Virus record (IMG/VR): IMGVR_UViG_3300047557_002769
Coordinates: 1 to 64,000 of that record
DNA length: 64,000 bases
Origin: a virus
Direction: 5' to 3' (one strand)
Each line of letters opens with the position of its first letter. Within the stretch, counting starts at the first letter, position 1. The translations under genes were made by a program, and so were the position numbers. Shown here one piece after another: positions 58,608-64,000 of this stretch. The notes beneath the pieces were generated by a model. The model saw only the letters and a program-made list of their open reading frames with translations. It was not told the origin of the DNA and did not search any database.

Positions 58608-59605
58608 GCTTTACCCCAGACATCATCCCAGCTACCAGACAAGGCACCCTTAGCATAGTCCGTTGCGCGGTTCTCAAAGAAGTTGGTATGCGTTGGTGCA
58701 TTGATCATTTCTTCAACCCAGGGGAGCGGATTTTTCTTAACCTTCATAATTCCCTTAAGGCCCATGCTGAGAAGGCGACGATCAGCAATATAGCGGATAT
58801 ACTGTTTAACGTCACCACTGTCCAGATTAGCCATAGGACCCATAGCAAATGCCAGGTCAATAAACCGATCTTCGAGTTCCACCATTTTTTCAGCAATTGT
58901 ATACAGCTTTGCTTTAAGCTCATCGTTCCAGATCTCCGGATTTTCTTTTATATATTCCTTAAAGAGCTTAATCATATTTTCTGTATGCTGAGTCTCATCA
59001 ACGATAGACCAGGTAATGATCTGCCCCATACCTTTCATTTTACCATGACGAGGAAAGTTAAGCAGCATGATAAAGGAGCTAAACAACTGCATACCTTCGG
59101 TAAAGGCAGAAAACACAGCGATATGAGTAGCAGTAGACTCAATAGTTCCATTCTTACTAGAAACTTCTAGTACATAGTCATGCTTGTCTTTCATCTCCTG
59201 ATATTCTAGAAACTCGCTATAGGTAGTCTCGGGCATACCTAGCGTTTCAATAAGATGAGAGTAGGCGGCAATATGAAGCGCTTCACGAGCAGCAAAGCCC
59301 AGTAGCATCATACGTACTTCTGGCTGAGGAAAATAAGGTAGATAGTTCTTTACATATCCCCCGGCTACGTCAATATCACCCTGAGTAAAGAAACGGAAGA
59401 TATGGGTTAGGAACTTCTTTTCATTTTCAGCTAGCTTCTTCCAATCTTTTACATCTTCTACCATTGGAACTTCGGTATGAAGCCAATGACTTTGTTCGTG
59501 CTTTAACCAGGCGTCGTATGCCCAGGGGTATTGAAACGGTTTAAAGTAGCTACGCTCGTCCATAAGCGTAAGAGAATTAGCTTTTTTGATCATTGGCTTA
59601 CCCAT
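58604..59605 (-). CDS. nrdB: Ribonucleotide reductase class Ia beta subunit
   Basis: FFTQGD.DV, REALH..AYS, EGMQLF.SF, DE..H, NFFE. Confidence 0.97.
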   Translation of the reverse strand: MGKPMIKKANSLTLMDERSYFKPFQYPWAYDAWLKHEQSHWLHTEVPMVEDVKDWKKLAENEKKFLTHIFRFFTQGDIDVAGGYVKNYLPYFPQPEVRMMLLGFAAREALHIAAYSHLIETLGMPETTYSEFLEYQEMKDKHDYVLEVSSKNGTIESTATHIAVFSAFTEGMQLFSSFIMLLNFPRHGKMKGMGQIITWSIVDETQHTENMIKLFKEYIKENPEIWNDELKAKLYTIAEKMVELEDRFIDLAFAMGPMANLDSGDVKQYIRYIADRRLLSMGLKGIMKVKKNPLPWVEEMINAPTHTNFFENRATDYAKGALSGSWDDVWGKA

Positions 59606-59832
59606 TGTTGAAGAACGGTTGATGTTACAGCTCCAGAAATACGTTTAATTTCAGTATTACCTTCTAACAAAACCATAGTAGGAACTGAACGAATACCGAA
59701 GTCCTGAGCAATTTCAGGGTTTACATCAATATCAACAATCTCAATAGGAATGTTTAAGTTTGTATTTTCAATAGTTTTAGCAAGTGCTTTACAAGGCTGG
59801 CACCAGTCAGCAGTGAATCTAATAATTCTCAT
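59590..59832 (-). CDS. Thioredoxin
   Basis: WCQPC, SVPT. Confidence 0.92.
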   Translation of the reverse strand: MRIIRFTADWCQPCKALAKTIENTNLNIPIEIVDIDVNPEIAQDFGIRSVPTMVLLEGNTEIKRISGAVTSTVLQQWVSQ

Positions 59833-59834
59833 TT

Positions 59835-61661
59835 TTAACCTTCGCATGCGAGACACGTATCGCCTTCGATGATGGCTTTCATGTCGAGTTCTTTGATAGC
59901 TGCTCTTTCTACTTTCCTAGCAACCTTGTCTGCTTTTCCAATCTTCTCTGAACGGCAATAGTAAAGTGTCTTAAGGCCTTGTTTCCAAGCCATAAAATGT
60001 ACTGCGTGCAAGTACTTCACATTGACATCAGGTCTAAAGAACAAATTCAGCGATTGCGCTTGATCGATATACGGTTGACGATCAGCAGCGTGCTCGACAA
60101 CCCAGCGCTGATCGATTTCCATAGAGGTCTTAAAGACGTCTTTGTTCCAATCGTCCATCCAGTCCAGATGTTGAACTGATCCATCGTTAGCAATAATAGA
60201 ACGCCATACGTCATCTGCCCACCCCTCAGGGTGTGATTCGGCTTCTTTCTGAATGATAGCGTCTAAGTAGCGATTTTTATTTAGGTGAGCCCCGGAAAGA
60301 GTGTCTTGACGATAGGCATTAGCGCGATAAGGCTCAATACTAGGGCTAGTATTACCCATAATAATTGAACTACTAGCATTAGGAGCAACAGCCATAACGT
60401 GACTGAATCGTCTACCGGTCCCTGCAGCGTCGGGAGCCTCACCTCTAATCTTTCCAAGAGCGAGGTTAGCATGATCTAACTCAGTCTTTATGTGTTTAAA
60501 GATTTGTAAATTTCTTGACTTCGCGAGGGCAGACTCAAAAGGAACATTATTCCGTTGGAGATAGGCATGATAACCAAGAGCACCCACGCCAATAGAACGC
60601 TCGCGCCCAGCGGAAAACTTAGCCCTTGAGATAGTGTCAGGAGCATTATCAATAAAGTACTGAAGTACGTTATCAAGCATCTCTGCAACGTCCCGCAAAA
60701 ATAATTTATTAGATTTCCAATCATCAAAGTACTCCAGGTTAACAGAAGACAAACAACATACAGCCGTTCTATCTTTATCAGTAGGCAGAATAATCTCACT
60801 GCAAAGATTAGATTGCTTGATTGACAGACCTAGCTTCTTTTGAAACTCAGGCATGCTACGATTACTAGTATCAATAAAGTGAAGATAAGGCTCACCTGTC
60901 TGCATTCTCAGATCGAGTACTCGCTGCCAAAGATCTCTAGCTGATACCACCTCACGTACCTCTCCGTTATGCGGGTCGATAAGAGGCCAGGAATCGTCTG
61001 CATGAGCATCAATCATACATCTCTCAATAATCTCCATAAAGCTATCAGGAATATTAATTCCATGATGTAGATTAAGAGCACGCATATTAGGGTCACCCGT
61101 CGGCTTTCTCATTTCAAGAAAGATGAGAATGTCAGGATGAGAAATATCAAGATATGCAGCGTAACTACCGCGACGAGTCCTGCCTTGTCGATAAGCGAGC
61201 GATGACGCGTCATACGTACGAAGATGCGGCATGACTCCAACCGATTTGTCATCCGATGCACGAATACCAATACCAAGTCCAACACCACCACCTAGCATTG
61301 ATAGCCAGTTAACTTCAGAAAGTGTATCTACCAGACCTTCAGCCGAGTCGTCAAGATAAGGTAGGAAGCAGCTAATAGGCAACCCACGCGACGAACGACC
61401 AAATGACAAAATAGGTGTGGAATATGATAACCAATGTTTACTGGCATATTCATATAGTCGCTGGGCGTGCTCCTCATCTGTACTGAATGCAGCTGAAACG
61501 TATGCCAGTCTTTCTTGAGGCGACGTTTCATCTTCCCTCATATAACTTTCTTTTAAGCGCTTGATACCCAGCTCATCGAATAAAGAATCGCGAGACGGGT
61601 CGATAAAAATAGTTCTATTTTTTTCAGCGAAATTTATAGCAATACCATGTCTAGTGGTCAT
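59835..61661 (-). CDS. nrdA: Ribonucleotide reductase class Ia alpha subunit (no ATP cone)
   Basis: PISCF, RRGS, SNLCSE, APNASSS, LYY, C-terminal CLAC. Confidence 0.97.
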   Translation of the reverse strand: MTTRHGIAINFAEKNRTIFIDPSRDSLFDELGIKRLKESYMREDETSPQERLAYVSAAFSTDEEHAQRLYEYASKHWLSYSTPILSFGRSSRGLPISCFLPYLDDSAEGLVDTLSEVNWLSMLGGGVGLGIGIRASDDKSVGVMPHLRTYDASSLAYRQGRTRRGSYAAYLDISHPDILIFLEMRKPTGDPNMRALNLHHGINIPDSFMEIIERCMIDAHADDSWPLIDPHNGEVREVVSARDLWQRVLDLRMQTGEPYLHFIDTSNRSMPEFQKKLGLSIKQSNLCSEIILPTDKDRTAVCCLSSVNLEYFDDWKSNKLFLRDVAEMLDNVLQYFIDNAPDTISRAKFSAGRERSIGVGALGYHAYLQRNNVPFESALAKSRNLQIFKHIKTELDHANLALGKIRGEAPDAAGTGRRFSHVMAVAPNASSSIIMGNTSPSIEPYRANAYRQDTLSGAHLNKNRYLDAIIQKEAESHPEGWADDVWRSIIANDGSVQHLDWMDDWNKDVFKTSMEIDQRWVVEHAADRQPYIDQAQSLNLFFRPDVNVKYLHAVHFMAWKQGLKTLYYCRSEKIGKADKVARKVERAAIKELDMKAIIEGDTCLACEG

Positions 61662-61680
61662 AATTGTACTCTCGATTTTT

Positions 61681-61950
61681 TTATTTTACTTGATTGAATA
61701 TACTTCTTTGTTCATTATACCACTCAATCCAAAGCTGCACTTTAGCTCTGCATTGATGGTATTGACCATAATTTTGCGTGACTATGCTGATGACGTCGCT
61801 AAGCTTGGTCGTGTCAGCAGGGGTTGATTTTAATTCTGGGCAACTTTCCATGAGCTCTTTTACAGGCTCAGGAAACGTACGCTGAACCGGGACGCTTTGG
61901 CATCCAGCCAGCAATACTAATATTATAGAGGAAAAAAGGATCTTTTTCAC
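61681..61950 (-). CDS. Outer-membrane spanin-like lipoprotein (Rz1-like)
   Basis: Lipobox LAGC, Pro-rich segment, further cysteines. Confidence 0.75.
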   Translation of the reverse strand: MKKILFSSIILVLLAGCQSVPVQRTFPEPVKELMESCPELKSTPADTTKLSDVISIVTQNYGQYHQCRAKVQLWIEWYNEQRSIFNQVK

Positions 61951-62390
61951 TTCTTTTCGGTAACAGCGTTAACTGCTGCAGCATTTAGTAGTTCAATAGC
62001 TTCTGAAGAGACTGTGCATTGTTTATCAATTACTGTTGCTACTTCTTTAATTCTATCTTGAACAACTGTCTGTACTTCTGTTACTACTTTCACCCGATCA
62101 ACATACTTATACTTTACTACTTCATTAACCGTCTTAGCTTTTTGTTCAGCTAATTCAACTTTATGTTCTAAATCCTTTACCTTAGCTTCCCATACTTTTT
62201 GATTGTTATCAGCACCAGCGAAATACGAACCAGCTATTATCGTAACTACACTTAGAACGGCAATCAACTCTTTAAACTGGTTAAATGGTGTAATGTACGG
62301 TATTAAAAGCGTTGAGACGATCAACCCCAAAACACCTGCAACCATTAAAAAATAAAAAACCCAGACGGGTAAAAGATCTAGAACAAACAT
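61947..62390 (-). CDS. Inner-membrane spanin-like protein (Rz-like)
   Basis: N-terminal TMs, coiled coil, C-terminal Cys; overlaps the lipoprotein gene. Confidence 0.72.
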   Translation of the reverse strand: MFVLDLLPVWVFYFLMVAGVLGLIVSTLLIPYITPFNQFKELIAVLSVVTIIAGSYFAGADNNQKVWEAKVKDLEHKVELAEQKAKTVNEVVKYKYVDRVKVVTEVQTVVQDRIKEVATVIDKQCTVSSEAIELLNAAAVNAVTEKK

Positions 62391-62396
62391 AGTAAG

Positions 62397-63140
62397 TTAT
62401 TTATTATCTTGCTCTACGAATTCACTAGCCATTGGGAAAATTTTTGCAATTACTTTAGCGCATTCTTTAGCAATCATAATATGTTCTAACTGTGTGCCGT
62501 TTGCTGCGCGCAATTGTATATAGTGAATCCAGGACCTCAAGGTACCGTTCATATACAGTCTAGAAACCGTATTGCCTTCTGGTAGAACGGCGCGAGCTTG
62601 TTCTTTTGCAATACCATGTTCTACTGCCCATGCATATGCGTCCTTGGCTTTAAGAATAATACTGCGTTGTAGATTCTCCCACTGATATGCAATCTGTCTT
62701 TGCCTATCGTCATTAATATCTAGCGCAATACTATTCTGTCTATTTTTGGTATCCTGAAGTCTTGCCTCACGAATAAGAAAATCTAGATCTTGAGTAGGAT
62801 CGGCATATCGCTGACTAAACTCCTGAAAAGAGAATGACCGGTGGCGAAGGATCTGACGAGCAATATCACGGGTAGTGGTGATCTCTAAACACACTGAGAC
62901 CATTTCAAGAGGTGACCAATGTTGATGTTTGATCAGATATCGAATAAGTTTTTCAGATGTTTCTTTATTCATCTGATTAGATGGGTTTGAGACACGAGCA
63001 CAAAATGCAACCAGCTCCTGCATGTTATCCATGTCAGGTGCTACGGGCTGAGAATAAGAAATAAGCTTTACATGTCTAACTTCATCAATCATACGTGATG
63101 CCCACATTTCCTCATTTTCTAAAACTTCAATTTTTTCCAT
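62397..63140 (-). CDS. thyX: Flavin-dependent thymidylate synthase
   Basis: HWSPLE, RHRSFSFQEFSQRY, E.ARAVLP, TQ.EH. Confidence 0.97.
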   Translation of the reverse strand: MEKIEVLENEEMWASRMIDEVRHVKLISYSQPVAPDMDNMQELVAFCARVSNPSNQMNKETSEKLIRYLIKHQHWSPLEMVSVCLEITTTRDIARQILRHRSFSFQEFSQRYADPTQDLDFLIREARLQDTKNRQNSIALDINDDRQRQIAYQWENLQRSIILKAKDAYAWAVEHGIAKEQARAVLPEGNTVSRLYMNGTLRSWIHYIQLRAANGTQLEHIMIAKECAKVIAKIFPMASEFVEQDNK

Positions 63141-63141
63141 A

Positions 63142-63396
63142 TTATTCCTGCCAGATTTTATCTTGATAAAATTTCTTTTCTTGAATGGTTAGTTCCTTAA
63201 AAAGTTTTCTCGGATTGCCACACATAGGGCATTTAGGAATACCGCAGTTCATTGCAGCATGGTCCTGTAACCTATGCTTGTCACTCTGTTTGATTTCTAC
63301 ACCATGAGCTTTAGCGATTTTAGTTTGCTTTTTGATGTAGTTTTCTTTCTGCAGCATGCGCTTAGAGTGCTGAATTTTTTCATGTTCACTGCTCAT
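63142..63396 (-). CDS. Hypothetical protein with CxxxxCxxC.NPR motif
   Basis: CGIPKCPMCGNPR. Confidence 0.75.
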   Translation of the reverse strand: MSSEHEKIQHSKRMLQKENYIKKQTKIAKAHGVEIKQSDKHRLQDHAAMNCGIPKCPMCGNPRKLFKELTIQEKKFYQDKIWQE

Positions 63397-64000
63397 TTAA
63401 CACCTCTTCCATGCGATAAACCTAGCTTTAGCAGCCAGATCTTTATAGGTATTTTTTAATATGATATTATTAACGTCAATACCTGCTTGCACCATCTCAT
63501 TAATATCTTTTTGCGAGATATTCTGAGGCCATATAACAACATTGAATCCTTGATCAATACATCTTTCAAGAATACCGCATACCTCTTTGTTACGCGGCTG
63601 GTTATCAATTATTAGTACAAGCTTTGCTTTATCTAAACCTAAGGTATCAATTTTCGCAAATGTTGTACCAGCAACTGCTATACCATTATTTAAAAACAGA
63701 CTATCAATAGGACCTTCTACAACATAAATCGGTTTCTTCTTATCTACATCACCAAGACCAAAAATCAGCGGTGTGTTAGATTTAACTTTAACCGTGATGT
63801 ACCTTAATGCTTCACCTCTTAAGGCACGGCACGTAACACCAGCCAGTTGATCTTTGTCATCATAAAACGGAATAACTAATCTAGGTTCCTCACCCTTAAT
63901 TGACTCTTTACAGTCTTCGTTAAGCTGTACAATATCTTTTATATTCTGTATATAGTACAGCCGATTAAATTTTTCACGTGGAATCTGCCGAGAAAGACAA
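63397..64000 (-). CDS. gp61: DNA primase gp61, C-terminal part (runs off window)
   Basis: Manual translation: PRLVIPF, VVEGPIDSLFL, DNQPRN, KDINEM, ends AWKRC. Confidence 0.92.
   Translation of the reverse strand, partial: CLSRQIPREKFNRLYYIQNIKDIVQLNEDCKESIKGEEPRLVIPFYDDKDQLAGVTCRALRGEALRYITVKVKSNTPLIFGLGDVDKKKPIYVVEGPIDSLFLNNGIAVAGTTFAKIDTLGLDKAKLVLIIDNQPRNKEVCGILERCIDQGFNVVIWPQNISQKDINEMVQAGIDVNNIILKNTYKDLAAKARFIAWKRC

Noticed and set aside
1669-63459. Numerous 60-250 aa ORFs antisense to or nested in long genes (e.g. 34090..34836, 42643..43095, 58688..59170)
   Set aside because: Shadow ORFs of well-supported genes, with no motifs or RBS support
1-64000. Stop-codon reassignment
   Set aside because: Core genes are full length under the standard code, and TAA, TAG and TGA all serve as stops

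Overview
A 64-kb segment of a large T4-like (myovirus) phage genome, standard genetic code, mostly minus-strand. From left to right: neck gp13 (partial); a fibre/appendage region with two giant Tyr/Thr-rich paralogues flanking two tail-fibre genes and a cluster of modification enzymes (three glycosyltransferase-like genes, a radical SAM protein, a methyltransferase, two 2OG-Fe(II)/cupin-type oxygenases); baseplate genes (DUF4815/VrlC-like, gp8, gp7-like, gp6, gp25, split gp5, hub, gp53, gp48); a plus-strand block (gp4, gp2, gp54-like, gp26, gp51-like, tape-measure-like); then replication, transcription and nucleotide-metabolism genes (gp32, gp59, gp33, phoH, dsbA, rnh, dCMP deaminase, nrdAB, thioredoxin, thyX, primase partial) and spanins. 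Main observations: (1) a candidate late-expressed system for building and modifying Tyr-rich appendage proteins, arranged as a duplicated adaptor + Tyr-rich protein module; (2) a circularly permuted two-piece tmRNA gene with tag ANDEQFLMAA; (3) two candidate -1 programmed frameshifts, at gp26/gp51 and after the gene downstream of rnh; (4) late promoters positioned to give leaderless mRNAs. The host is probably a diderm, possibly a betaproteobacterium (inference). All functional calls come from motif recognition and synteny by eye; no database searches were run.
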